From the human T2T-CHM13v2.0 reference genome, Homo sapiens, in the NCBI RefSeq assembly GCF_009914755.1, contig NC_060935.1: a DNA stretch of 64,000 nucleotides. One strand, written 5' to 3'. The stretch's first letter is position 1. Each line of letters starts with the position of its first letter. This document shows, piece after piece, positions 24,441-39,400 of this stretch. Both the position numbers and the translations under genes were made by a program. Under the pieces are notes generated by a model. The model searched no databases, was not told the origin of the DNA, and saw nothing but the letters and a program-made list of their open reading frames with translations.

Positions 24441-27400
24441 ACTTCCTTCGAAACGGGTATATCTTCACATCAAACCTAGACAGAAGCATTCTCAGAATGT
24501 TTCCTGTCATGACTGCATTCAACTCCCTGAGGTGAACAATCCTGTTGATGGAGCACTTTTGAAACTCTCTTTCTTTGGATTCTGCAAGTTGATATGTGGA
24601 CCTCTGTGAAGATTTCGTTGGAAACGGGTTCATCTTCACAGAAAAACTAAACAGAAGCATTCTCAGAAACTACTTTGTGATGTTTGTGTTCCACTTCAAG
24701 AATTGAACTTTCCTCTTGACAGAGCAGCTCTGAAACCCTCTTTTTCTAGAATCTGCAAGTGGACATTTGGAGGGCTTTGAGGCCTGTGGTGGAAAAGGAA
24801 AATCTTCACATAAAAACTAGATGGAAGCATTCTCAGAAACTACTTTGTGATGATTGCATTCGTCTCACAGAGTTGAACATTCCTATAGATAGAGCAGGTT
24901 GTAAACAATCTTTTTGTAGAATCTGCGATTGGAGATTTGGACTGCTTGGAGGCCTACTGTAGTAAAGTAAATAACTTCATCTAAAAACCAAACGGAAGCA
25001 TTCACAGACAATTCTTAGTGATCATTGCATTGAACTAACAGAGCTGAACATTCCTTTAGATGGCGCAGTTTCCAAACACATTTTCTGTAGAATCTGCAAG
25101 TGGATATTTGGACCTCTCTGAGGATTTCGTTGGAAACGGGATAAACTTCCCAGAACTACACGGAAGCATTGTGAGAAACTTCTTTGTGATGTTTGCATTC
25201 AACTCACAGAGTTGAACCTTGCTTTCATAGTTCAGCTTTCAAACACTCTTTTTGTAGAATCTGCAAGTGGATATTTGGACCACTTTGTGGCCTTCCTTCG
25301 AAACGGGTATATCTTCACATCAAACCTAGACAGAAGCATTCTCAGAATGTTTCCTGTGATGACTGCATTCAACTCACAGAGGTGAACAATCCTGCTGATG
25401 GAGCAGTTTTGAAACTCTCTTTCTTTGGATTCTGCAAGTGGATATGTGGACCTCTGTGAAGATTTCGTTGGAAACGGGTTCATCTTCACAGAAAAACTAA
25501 ACAGAAGCATTCTCAGAAACTGCTTTGTGATGTTTGTGTTCCACTTCAGGAATTGAACTTTCCTCTTGACAGAGCAGCTCTGAAACCCTCTTATTCTAGA
25601 ATCTGCAAGTGGACATTTGGAGGGCTTTGAGGCCTGTGGTGGAAAAGGAAAATCTTCACATAAAAACTAGATGGAAGCATTCTCAGAAACTACTTTGTGA
25701 TGATTGCATTCGACTCACAGAGTTGAACATTCCTATAGATAGAGCAGGTTGTAAACAATCTTTTTGTAGAATCTGCGATTGGAGATTTGGACTGCTTTGA
25801 GGCCTACTGTAGTAAAGGAAATAACTTCATCTAAAAACCAAACGGAAGCATTCACAGACAATTCTTAGTGATCATTGCATTGAACTAACAGAGCTGAACA
25901 TTCCTTTAGATGGAGCAGTTTCCAAACACACTTTCTGTAGAACCTGCAAGTGGATATTTGGACCTCTCTGAGGATTTCGTTGGAAACGGGATAAACTTCC
26001 CAGAGCTACACGGAAGCATTGTGAGAAACTTCTTTGTGATGTTTGCATTCAACTCACAGAGTTGAACCTTGCTTTCATAGTTCAGCTTTCAAACACTCTT
26101 TTTGTAGAATCTGCAAGTGGATATTTGGACCACTTTGTGGCCTTCCTTCGAAACGGGTATATCTTCACATCAAACCTAGACAGAAGCATTCTCAGAATGT
26201 TTCCTGTGATGACTGCATTCAACTCACAGAGGTGAACAATCCTGCTGATGGAGCAGTTTTGAAACTCTCTTTCTTTGGATTCTGCAAGTGGATATGTGGA
26301 CCTCTGCGAAGATTTCGTTGGAAACGGGTTCATCTTCACAGAAAAACTAAACAGAAACATTCTCACAAACAGCTTTGTGATGTTTGTGTTCCACTTCAGG
26401 AATTGAACTTTCCTCTTGACAGAGCAGCTCTGAAACCCTCTTATTCTAGAATCTGCAAGTGGACATTTGGAGGGCTTTGAGGCCTGTGGTGGAAAAGGAA
26501 AATCTTCACATAAAAACTAGATGGAAGCATTCTCAGAAACTACTTTGTGATGATTGAATTCGACTCACAGAGTTGAACATTCCTATAGATAGAGCAGGTT
26601 GTAAACAATCTTTTTGTAGAATCTGCGATTGGAGATTTGGACTGCTTTGAGGCCTACTGTAGTAAAGGAAATAACTTCATCTAAAAACCAAACGGAAGCA
26701 TTCACAGACAATTCTTAGTGATCATTGGATTGAACTAACAGAGCTGAACATTCCTTTAGATGGCGCAGTTTCCAAACACACTTTCTGTAGAATCTGCAAG
26801 TGGATATTTGGACCTCTCTGAGGATTTCGTTGGAAACGGGATAAACTTCCCAGAACTACACGGAAGCATGCTGAGAAACTTCTTTGTGATGTTTGCATTC
26901 AACTCACAGAGTTGAACCTTGCTTTCATAGTTCAGCTTTCAAACACTCTTTTTGTAGAATCTGCAAGTGGATATTTGGACCACTTTGTGGCCTTCCTTCG
27001 AAACGGGTATATGTTCACATCAAACCTAGACAGAAGCATTCTCAGAATGTTTCCTGTGATGACTGCATTCAACTCACAGAGGTGAACAATCCTGCTGATG
27101 GAGCAGTTTTGAAACTCTCTTTCTTTGGATTCTGCAAGTGGATATGTGGACCTCTGTGAAGATTTCGTTGGAAACGGGTTCATCTTCACAGAAAAACTAA
27201 ACAGAAGCATTCTCAGAAACTGCTTTGTGATGTTTGTGTTCCACTTCAGGAATTGAACTTTCCTCTTGACAGAGCAGCTCTGAAACCCTCTTATTCTAGA
27301 ATCTGCAAGTGGACATTTGGAGGGCTTTGAGGCCTGTGGTGGAAAAGGAAAATCTTCACATAAAAACTAGATGGAAGCATTCTCAGAAACTACTTTGTGA

Positions 27401-30400
27401 TGATTGCATTCGACTCACAGAGTTGAACATTCCTATAGATAGAGCAGGTTGTAAACAATCTTTTTGTAGAATCTGCGATTGGAGATTTGGACTGCTTTGA
27501 GGCCTACTGTAGTAAAGGAAATAACTTCATCTAAAAACCAAACGGAAGCATTCACAGACAATTCTTAGTGATCATTGCATTGAACTAACAGAGCTGAACA
27601 TTCCTTTACATGGCGCAGTTTCCAAACACACTTTCTGTAGAATCTGCAAGTGGATATTTGGACCTCTCTGAGGATTTCGTTGGAAACGGGATAAACTTCC
27701 CAGAACTACACGGAAGCATTGTGAGAAACTTCTTTGTGATGTTTGCATTCAACTCACAGAGTTGAACCTTGCTTTCATAGTTCAGCTTTCAAACCCTCTT
27801 TTTGTAGAATCTGCAAGTGGATATTTGGACCACTTTGTGGCCTTCCTTCGAAACGGATATATCTTCACATCAAACCTAGACAGAAGCATTCTCAGAATGT
27901 TTCCTGTCATGACTGCATTCAACTCCCTGAGGTGAACAATCCTGCTGATGGAGCAGTTTTGAACCTCTCTTTCTTTGGATTCTGCAAGTGGATATGTGTA
28001 CCACTGTGAAGATTTCGTTGGAAACGGGTTCATCTTCACAGAAAAACTAAACAGAAGCATTCTCAGAAACTGCTTTGTGATGTTTGTGTTCCACTTCAGG
28101 AATTGAACTTTCCTCTTGACAGAGCAGCTCTGAAACCCTCTTTTTCTAGAATCTGCAAGTGGACATTTGGAGGGCTTTGAGGCCTGTGGTGGAAAAGGAA
28201 AATCTTCACATAAAAACTTTATGGAAGCATTCTCAGAAACTTCTTTGTGATCATTGCATTCGACTCACAGAGTTGAACATTCCTATAGATAGAGCAGGTT
28301 GTAAACAATCTTTTTGTAGAATCTGCGATTGGAGATTTGGACTGCTTTGAGGCCTACTGTAGTAAAGGAAATAACTTCATCTAAAAACCAAACGGAAGCA
28401 TTCACAGACAATTCTTAGTGATCATTGCATTGAACTAACAGAGCTGAACATTCCTTTAGATGGAGCAGTTTCCAAACACACTTTCTGTAGAACCTGCAAG
28501 TGGATATTTGGACCTCTCTGAGGATTTCGTTGGAAACGGGATAAACTTCCCAGAGCTACACGGAAGCATTGTGAGAAACTTCTTTGTGATGTTTGCATTC
28601 AACTCACAGAGTTGAACCTTGCTTTCATAGTTCAGCTTTCAACCACTCTTTTTGTAGAATCTGCAAGTGGATATTTGGACCACTTTGTGGCCTTCCTTCG
28701 AAACGGGTATATCTTCACATCAAACCTAGACAGAAGCATTCTCAGAATGTTTCCTGTGATGACTGCATTCAACTCACAGAGGTGAACAATCCTGCTGATG
28801 GAGCAGTTTTGAAACTCTCTTTCTTTGCATTCTGCAAGTGGATATGGGGACCTCTGTGAAGATTTCGTTGGAAACGGGTTCATCTTCACAGAAAAACTAA
28901 ACAGAAGCATTCTCAGAAACTGCTTTGTGATGTTTGTGTTCCACTTCAAGAATTGAACTTTCCTCTTGACAGAGCAGCTCTGAAACCCTCTTTTTCTAGA
29001 ATCTGCAAGTGGACATTTGGAGGGCTTTGAGGCCTGTGGTGGAAAAGGAAAATCTTCACATAAAAACTTTATGGAAGCATTCTCAGAAACTTCTTTGTGA
29101 TCATTGCATTCGACTCACAGAGTTGAACATTCCTATAGATAGAGCAGGTTGTAAACAATCTTTTTGTAGAATCTGCGATTGGAGATTTGGACTGCTTTGA
29201 GGCCTACTGTAGTAAAGGAAATAACTTCATCTAAAAACCAAACGGAAGCATTCACAGACAATTCTTAGTGATCATTGGATTGAACTAACAGAGCTGAACA
29301 TTCCTTTAGATGGAGCAGTTTCCAAACACACTTTCTGTAGAATCTGCAAGTGGATATTTGGACTTCTCTGAGGATTTCGTTGGAAACGGGATAAACTTCC
29401 CAGAACTACACGGAAGCATTGTGAGAAACTTCTTTGTGATGTTTGCATTCAACTCACAGAGTTGAACCTTGCTTTCATAGTTCAGCTTTCAAACACTCTT
29501 TTTGTAGAATCTGCAAGTGGATATTTGGACCACATTGTGGCCTTCCTTCGAAACGGGTATATCTTCCCATCAAACCTAGACAGAAGCATTCTCAGAATGT
29601 TTCCTGTGATGACTGCATTCAACTCACAGAGGTGAACAATCCTGTTGATGGAGCACTTTTGAAACTCTCTTTCTTTGGATTCTGCAAGTAGATATGTGGA
29701 CCTCTGTGAAGATTTCGTTGGAAACGGGTTCATCTTCACAGAAAAACTAAACAGAAGCATTCTCAGAAACTACTTTGTGATGTTTGTGTTCCACTTCAAG
29801 AATTGAACTTTCCTCTTGACAGAGCAGCTCTGAAACCCTCTTTTTCTAGAATCTGCAAGTGGACATTTGGAGGGCTTTGAGGCCTGTGGTGGAAAAGGAA
29901 AATCTTCACATAAAAACTAGATGGAAGCATTCTCAGAAACTACTTTGTGATGATTGCATTCGACTCACAGAGTTGAACATTCCTATAGATAGAGCAGGTT
30001 GTAAACAATCTTTTTGTAGAATCTGCGATTGGAGATTTGGACTGCTTTGAGGCCTACTGTAGTAATGGAAATTACTTCATCTAAAAACCAAACGGAAGCA
30101 TTCACAGACAATTCTTAGTGATCATTGCATTGAACTAACAGAGCTGAACATTCCTTTAGATGGAGCAGTTTGCAAACACACTTTCTGTAGAACCTGCAAG
30201 TGGATATTTGGACCTCTCTGAGGATTTCGTTGGAAACGGGATAAACTTCCCAGAACTACACGGAAGCATTGTGAGAAACTTCTTTGTGATGTTTGCATTC
30301 AACTCACAGAGTTGAACCTTGCTTTCATAGTTCAGCTTTCAAACACTCTTTTTGTAGAATCTGCAAGTGGATATTTGGACCACTTTGTGGCCTTCCTTCG

Positions 30401-33400
30401 AAACGGGTATATCTTCACATCAAACCTAGACAGAAGCATTCTCAGAATGTTTCCTGTGATGACTGCATTCAACTCACAGAGGTGAACAATCCTGCTGATG
30501 GAGCAGTTTTGAAACTCTCTTTCTTTGGATTCTGCAAGTGGATATGGGGACCTCTGTGAAGATTTCGTTGGAAATGGGTTCATCTTCACAGAAAAACTAA
30601 ACAGAAACATTCTCACAAACTACTTTGTGATGTTTGTGTTCCACTTCAGGAATTGAACTTTTCTCTTTGACAGAGCAGCTCTGAAACCCTCTTATTCTAT
30701 AATCTGCAAGTGGACATTTGGAGGGCTTTGAGGCCTGTGGTGGAAAAGGAAAATCTTCACATAAAAACTAGATGGAAGCATTCTCAGAAACTACTTTGTG
30801 ATGATTGCATTCGACTCACAGAGTTGAACATTCCTATAGATAGAGCAGGTTGTAAACAATCTTTTTGTAGAATCTGCGATTGGAGATTTGGACTGCTTTG
30901 AGGCCTACTGTAGTAAAGGAAATAACTTCATCTAAAAACCAAACGGAAGCATTCACAGACAATTCTTAGTGATCATTGCATTGAACTAACAGAGCTGAAC
31001 ATTCCTTTAGATGGAGCAGTTTCCAAACACACTTTCTGTAGAACCTGCAAGTGGATATTTGGACCTCTCTGAGGATTTCGTTGGAAAAGGGATAAACTTC
31101 CCGGAACTACACGGAAGCATTGTGAGAAACTTCTTTGTGATGTTTGCATTCAACTCACAGAGTTGAACCTTGCTTTCATAGTTCAGCTTTCAAACACTCT
31201 TTTTGTAGAATCTGCAAGTGGATATTTGGACCACTTTGTGGCCTTCCTTCGAAACGGGTATATCGTCACATCAAACCTAGACAGAAGCATTCTCAGAATG
31301 TTTCCTGTGATGACTGCATTCAACTCACAGAGGTGAACAATCCTGCTGATGGAGCAGTTTTGAAACTCTCTTTCTTTGGATTCTGCAAGTGGATATGTGG
31401 ACCTCTGCGAAGATTTCGTTGGAAACGGGTTCATCTTCACAGAAAAACTAAACAGGAGCATTCTCAGAAACTGCTTTGTGATGTTTGTGTTCCACTTCAA
31501 GAATTGAACTTTCCCCTTGACAGAGCAGCTCTGAAACCCTCTTATTCTATAATCTGCAAGTGGACATTTGGAGGGCTTTGAGGCCTGTGGTGGAAAAGGA
31601 AAATCTTCACATAAAAACTAGATGGAAGCATTCTCAGAAACTACTTTGTGATGATTGCATTCGACTCACAGAGTTGAACATTCCTATAGATAGAGCAGGT
31701 TGTAAACAATCTTTTTGTAGAATCTGCGATTGGAGATTTGGACTGCTTTGAGGCCTACTGTAGTAAAGGAAATAACTTCATCTAAAAATCAAACGGAAGC
31801 ATTCACAGACAATTCTTAGTGATCATTGGATTGAACTAACAGAGCTGAACATTCCTTTAGATGGCGCAGTTTCCAAACACACTTTCTGTAGAATCTGCAA
31901 GTGGATATTTGGACTTCTCTGAGGATTTCGTTGGAAACGGGATAAACTTCCCAGAACTACACGGAAGCATTGTGAGAAACTTCTTTGTGATGTTTGCATT
32001 CAACTCACAGAGTTGAACCTTGCTTTCATAGTTCAGCTTTCAAACCCTCTTTTTGTAGAATCTGCAAGTGGATATTTGGACCACTTTGTGGCCTTCCTTC
32101 GAAACGGGTATATCTTCACATCAAACCTAGACAGAAGCATTCTCAGAATGTTTCCTGTGATGACTGCATTCAACTCACAGAGGTGAACAATCCTGCTGAT
32201 GGAGCAGTTTTGAAACTCTCTTTCTTTGGATTCTGCAAGTGGATATGTGGACCTCTGTGAAGATTTCGTTGGAAACGGGTTCATCTTCACAGAAAAACTA
32301 AACAGGAGCATTCTCAGAAACTGCTTTGTGATGTTTGTATTCCACTTCAAGAATTGAACTTTCCTCTTGACAGAGCAGCTCTGAAACCCTCTTTTTCTAG
32401 AATCTGCAAGTGGACATTTGGAGGGCTTTGAGGCCTGTGGTGGAAAAGGAAAATCTTCACATAAAAACTAGATGGAAGCATTCTCAGAAACTACTTTGTG
32501 ATGATTGCATTCGACTCACAGAGTTGAACATTCCTATAGATAGAGCAGGTTGTAAACAATGTTTTTGTAGAATCTGCGATTGGAGATTTGGACTGCTTTG
32601 AGGCCTACTGTAGTAAAGGAAATAACTTCATCTAAAAACCAAACGGAAGCATTCACAGACAATTCTTAGTGATCATTGGATTGAACTAACAGAGCTGAAC
32701 ATTCCTTTAGATGGAGCAGTTTCCAAACACACTTTCTGTACAATCTGCAAGTGGATATTTGGACTTCTCTGAGGATTTCGTTGGAAACGGGATAAACTTC
32801 CCAGAACTACAGGGAAGCATTGTGAGAAACTTCTTTGTGATGTTTGCATTCAACTCACAGAGTTGAACCTTGCTTTCATAGTTCAGCTTTCAAACACTCT
32901 TTTTGTAGAATCTGCAAGTGGATATTTGGACCACTTTGTGGCCTTCCTTCGAAACGGGTATATCTTCACATCAAACCTAGACAGAAGCATTCTCAGAATG
33001 TTTCCTGTGATGACTGCATTCAACTCACAGAGGTGAACAATCCTGTTGATGGAGCACTTTTGAAACTCTCTTTCTTTGGATTCTGCAAGTGGATATGTGG
33101 ACCTCTGTGAAGATTTCGTTGGAAACGGGTTCATCTTCATAGAAAAATTAACAGAAGCATTCTCAGAAACTGCTTTGTGATGTTTGTGTTCCACTTCAGG
33201 AATTGAACTTTCCTCTTGACAGAGCAGCTCTGAAACCCTCTTATTCTAGAATCTGCAAGTGGACATTTGGAGGGCTTTGAGGCCTGTGGTGGAAAAGGAA
33301 AATCTTCACATAAAAACTAGATGGAAGCATTCTCAGAAACTTCTTTGTGATGATTGCATTCGACTCACAGAGTTGAACATTCTTATAGATATAGCAGGTT

Positions 33401-36400
33401 GTAAACAATCTTTTTGTAGAATCTGCGATTGGAGATTTGGACTGCTTTGAGGCCTACTGTAGTAAAGGAAATAACTTCATCTAAAAACCAAACGGAAGCA
33501 TTCACAGACAATTCTTAGTGATCATTGCATTGAACTAACAGAGCTGAACATTCCTTTAGATGGCGCAGTTTCCAAACACACTTTCTGTAGAATCTGCAAG
33601 TGGATATTTGGACTTCTCTGAGGATTTCGTTGGAAACGGGATAAACTTCCCAGAACTACACGGAAGCATGCTGAGAAACTTCTTTGTGATGTTTGCATTC
33701 AACTCACAGAGTTGAACCTTGCTTTCATAGTTCAGCTTTCAAACACTCTTTTTGTAGAATCTGCAAGTGGATATTTGGACCACTTTGTGGCCTTCCTTCG
33801 AAACGGGTATATCTTCACATCAAACCTAGACAGAAGCATTCTCAGAATGTTTCCTGTGATGACTGCATTCAACTCACAGAGGTGAACAATCCTGCTGATG
33901 GAGCAGTTTTGAAACTCTCTTTCTTTGGATTCTGCAAGTGGATATGTGGACCTCTGTGAAGATTTCGTTGGAAACGGGTTCATCTTCACAGAAAAACTAA
34001 ACAGAAGCATTCTCAGAAACTGCTTTGTGATGTTTGTGTTCCACTTCAGGAATTGAACTTTCCTCCTGACAGAGCAGCTCTGACACCCTCTTATTCTAGA
34101 ATCTGCAAGTGGACATTTGGAGGGCTTTGAGGCCTGTGGTGGAAAAGGAAAATCTTCACATAAAAACTAGATGGAAGCATTCTCAGAAACTACTTTGTGA
34201 TGATTGCATTCGACTCACAGAGTTGAACATTCCTATAGATAGAGCAGGTTGTAAACAATCTTTTTGTAGAATCTGCGATTGGAGATTTGGACTGCTTTGA
34301 GGCCTACTGTAGTAAAGGAAATAACATCATCTAAAAACCAAACGGAAGCATTCACAGACAATTCTTAGTGATCATTGCATTGAACTAACAGAGCTGAACA
34401 TTCCTTTAGATGGAGCAGTTTCCAAACACACTTTCTGTAGAACCTGCAAGTGGATATTTGGACCTCTCTGAGGATTTCGTTGGAAACGGGATAAACTTCC
34501 CAGAACTACACGGAAGCATTGTGAGAAACTTCTTTGTGATGTTTGCATTCAACTCACAGAGTTGAACCTTGCTTTCATAGTTCAGCTTTCAAACACTCTT
34601 TTTGTAGAATCTGCAAGTGGATATTTGGACCACTTTGTGGCCTTCCTTCGAAACGGGTATATCTTCACATCAAACCTAGACAGAAGCATTCTCAGAATGT
34701 TTCCTGTGATGACTGCATTCAACTCACAGAGGTGAACAATCCTGCTGATGGAGCAGTTTTGAAACTCTCTTTCTTTGGATTCTGCAAGTGGATATGTGGA
34801 CCTCTGTGAAGATTTCGTTGGAAACGGGTTCATCTTCACAGAAAAACTAAACAGGAGCATTCTCAGAAACTGCTTTGTGATGTTTGTGTTCCACTTCAAG
34901 AATTGAACTTTCCTCTTGACAGAGCAGCTCTGAAACCCTCTTATTCTATAATCTGCAAGTGGACATTTGGAGGGCTTTGAGGCCTGTGGTGGAAAAGGAA
35001 AATCTTCACATAAAAACTAGATGGAAGCATTCTCAGAAACTACTTTGTGATGATTGCATTCGGCTCACAGAGTTGAACATTCCTATAGATAGAGCAGGTT
35101 GTAAACAATCTTTTTCTAGAATCTGCGATTGGAGATTTGGACTGCTTTGAGGCCTACTGTAGTAAAGGAAATAACTTCATCTAAAAACCAAACGGAAGCA
35201 TTCACAGACAATTCTTAGAGATCATTGGATTGAACTAACACAGCTGAACATTCCTTTAGATGGAGCAGTTTCCAAACACACTTTCTGTAGAATCTGCAAG
35301 TGGATATTTGGACTTCTCTGAGGATTTCGTTGGAAACGGGATAAACTTCCCAGAACTACACGGAAGAATTGTGAGAAACTTCTTTGTGATGTTTGCATTC
35401 AACTCACAGAGTTGAACCTTGCTTTCATAGTTCAGCTTTCAAACACTCTTTTTGTAGAATCTGCAAGTGGATATTTGGACCACTTTGTGGCCTTCCTTCG
35501 AAACGGGTATATCTTCACATCAAACCAAGACAGAAGCATTCTCAGAATGTTTCCTGTGATGACTGCATTCAACTCACAGAGGTGAACAATCCTGCTGATG
35601 GAGCAGTTTTGAAACTCTCTTTCTTTGGATTCTGCAAGTGGATATGTGGACCTCTGTGAAGATTTCGTTGGAAACGGGTTCATCTTCACAGAAAAACTAA
35701 ACAGGAGCATTCTCAGAAACTGCTTTGTGATGTTTGTGTTCCACTTCAAGAATTGAACTTTCCTCTTGACAGAGCAGCTCTGAAACCCTCTTTTTCTAGA
35801 ATCTGCAAGTGGACATTTGGAGGGCTTTGAGGCCTGTGGTGGAAAAGGAAAATCTTCACATAAAAACTAGATGGAAGCATTCTCAGTAACTACTTTGTGA
35901 TGATTGCATTCGACTCACAGAGTTGAACATTCCTATAGATAGAGCAGGTTGTAAACAATCTTTCTGTAGAATCTGCCATTGGAGATTTGGACTGCTTTGA
36001 GGCCTACTGTCGTAAAGGAAATAACTTCATCTAAAAACCAAACGGAAGCATTCACAGACAATTCTTAGTGATCATTGGATTGAACTAACAGAGCTGAACA
36101 TTCCTTTAGATGGAGCAGTTTCCAAACACACTTTCTGTAGAATCTGCAAGTGGATATTTGGACTTCTCTGAGGGTTTCGTTGGAAACGGGATAAACTTCC
36201 CAGAACTACAGGGAAGCATTGTGAGAAACTTCTTTGTGATGTTTGCATTCAACTCACAGAGTTGAACCTTGCTTTCATAGTTCAGCTTTCAAACACTCTT
36301 TTTGTAGAATCTGCAAGTGGATATTTGGACCACTTTGTGGCCTTCCTTCGAAACGGGTATATCTTCACATCAAACCTAGACAGAAGCATTCTCAGAATGT

Positions 36401-39400
36401 TTCCTGTGATGACTGCATTCAACTCACAGAGGTGAACAATCCTGCTGATGGAGCAGTTTTGAAACTCTCTTTCTTTGGATTCTGCAAGTGGATATGTGGA
36501 CCTCTGTGAAGATTTCGTTGGAAACGGGTTCATCTTCACAGAAAAACTAAACAGGAGCATTCTCAGAAACTGCTTTGTGATGTTTGTGTTCCACTTCAAG
36601 AATTGAACTTTCCTCTTGACAGAGCAGCTCTGAAACCCTCTTTTTCTAGAATCTGCAAGTGGACATTTGGAGGGCTTTGAGGCCTGTGGTGGAAAAGGAA
36701 AATCTTCACATAAAAACTAGATGGAAACATTCTCAGAAACTACTTTGTGATGATTGCATTCGACTCACAGAGTTGAACATTCCAATAGATAGAGCAGGTT
36801 GTAAACAATCTTTTTGTAGAATCTGCGATTGGAGATTTGGACTGCTTTGAGGCCTACTGTAGTAAAGGAAATAACTTCATCTAAAAACCAAACGGAAGCA
36901 TTCACAGACAATTCTTAGTGATCATTGCATTGAACTAACAGAGCTGAACATTCCTTTAGATGGCGCAGTTTCCAAACACACTTTCTGTAGAATCTGCAAG
37001 TGGATATTTGGACCTCTCTGAGGATTTCGTTGGAAACGGGATAAACTTCCCAGAACTACACGGAAGCATTGTGAGAAACTTCTTTGTGATGTTTGCATTC
37101 AACTCACAGAGTTGAACCTTGCTTTCATAGTTCAGCTTTCAAACACTCTTTTTGTAGAATCTGCAAGTGGATATTTGGACCACTTTGTGGCCTTCCTTCG
37201 AAACGGGTATATCTTCACATCAAACCTAGTCAGAAGCATTCTCAGAATGTTTCCTGTGATGACTGCATTCAACTCACAGAGGTGAACAATCCTGCTGATG
37301 GAGCAGTTTTGAAACTCTCTTTCTTTGGATTCTGCAAGTGGATATGTGGACCTCTGTGAAGATTTCGTTGGAAACGGGTTCATCTTCACAGAAAAACTAA
37401 ACAGGAGCATTCTCAGAAACTGCTTTGTGATGTTTGTGTTCCACTTAAAGAATTGAACTTTCCTCTTGACAGAGCAGCTCTGAAACCCTCTTTTTCTAGA
37501 ATCTGCAAGTGGACATTTGGAGGGATTTGAGGCCTGTGGTGGAAAAGGAAAATCGTCACATAAAAACTTTATGGAAGCATTCTCAGAAACTTCTTTGTGA
37601 TGATTGCATTCGACTCACAGAGTTGAGCATTCCTATAGATAGAGCAGGTTGTAAACAATCTTTTTGTAGAATCTGCGATTGGAGATTTGGACTGCTTTGA
37701 GGCCTGCTGTAGTAAAGGAAATTACTTCATCTAAAAACCAAACGGAAGCATTCACAGACAATTCTTAGTGATCATTGCATTGAACTAACAGAGCTGAACA
37801 TTCCTTTAGATGGAGCAGTTTCCAAACCCACTTTCTGTAGAATCTGCAAGTGGATATTTGGACTTCTCTGAGGATTTCGTTGGAAACGGGATAAACTTCC
37901 CAGAACTACACCGAAGCATTGTGAGAAACTTCTTTGTGATGTTTGCATTCAACTCACAGAGTTGAACCTTGCTTTCATAGTTCAGCTTTCAAACACTCTT
38001 TTTGTAGAATCTGCAAGTGGATATTTGGACCACTTTGTGGCCTTCCTTCGAAACGGGTATATCTTCACATCAAACCTAGACAGAAGCATTCTCAGAATGT
38101 TTCCTTTGATGACTGCATTCAACTCACAGAGGTGAATAATCCTGTTGATGGAGCACTTTTGAAACTCTCTTTCTTTGGATTCTGCAAGTTGATATGTGGA
38201 CCTCTGTGAAGATTTCGTTGGAAACGGGTTCATCTTCACAGAAAAACTAAACAGAAGCATTCTCAGAAACTACTTTGTGATGTTTTTGTTCCACTTCAAG
38301 AATTGAACTTTCCTCTTGACAGAGCAGCTCTGAAACCCTCTTTTTCTAGAATCTGCAAGTGGACATTTGGAGGGCTTTGAGGCCTGTGGTGGAAAAGGAA
38401 AATCTTCACATAAAAACTAGATGGAAGCATTCTCAGAAACTACTTTGTGATGATTGCATTCGACTCACAGAGTTGAACATTCCTATAGATAGAGCAGGTT
38501 GTAAACAATCTTTTTGTAGAATCTGCGATTGGAGATTTGGACTGCTTTGAGGCCTACTGTAGTAAAGGAAATAACTTCATCTAAAAACCAAACGGAAGCA
38601 TTCACAGACAATTCTTAGTGATCATTGCATTGAACTAACAGAGGTGAACATTCCTTTAGATGGCGCAGTTTCCAAACACACTTTCTGTAGAATCTGCAAG
38701 TGTATATTTGGACTTCTCTGAAGATTTCTTTGGAAACGGGAAAAACTTCCCAGAACTACACGGAAGCATTGTGAGAAAATTCTTTGTGAGGTTTGCATTC
38801 AACTCACAGAGTTGAACCTTGCTTTCATAGTTCAGCTTTCAAACACTCTTTTTGTAGAATCTGCAAGTGGATATTTGGACCACTTTGTGGCCTTCCTTCG
38901 AAACGGGTATATCTTCACATCAAACAGACAGAAGCATTCTCAGAATGTTTCCTGTGATGACTGCATTCAACTCACAGAGGTGAACAATCCTGCTGATGGA
39001 GCAGTTTTGAAACTCTCTTTCTTTGGATTCTGCAAGTGGATATGTGGACCTCTGTGAAGATTTCGTTGGAAACGGGTTCATCTTCACAGAAAAACTAAAC
39101 AGGAGCATTCTCAGAAACTGCTTTGTGATGTTTGTGTTCCACTTAAAGAATTGAACTTTCCTCTTGACAGAGCAGCTCTGAAACCCTCTTTTTCTAGAAT
39201 CTGCAAGTGGACATTTGGAGGGCTTTGAGGCCTGTGGTGGAAAAGGAAAATCTTCACATAAAAACTTTATGGAAGCATTCTCAGAAACTTCTTTGTGATG
39301 ATTGCATTCGACTCACAGAGTTGAACATTCCTATAGATAGAGCAGGTTGTAAACAATCTTTTTGTAGAGTCTGCGATTGGAGATTTGGACTGCTTTGAGG

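Noticed and set aside
26043-26480. Longer 145-aa ORFs (also 31144-31581)
   Set aside because: A single TGA>CGA change allows read-through into the next monomer. There is no evidence of coding function.
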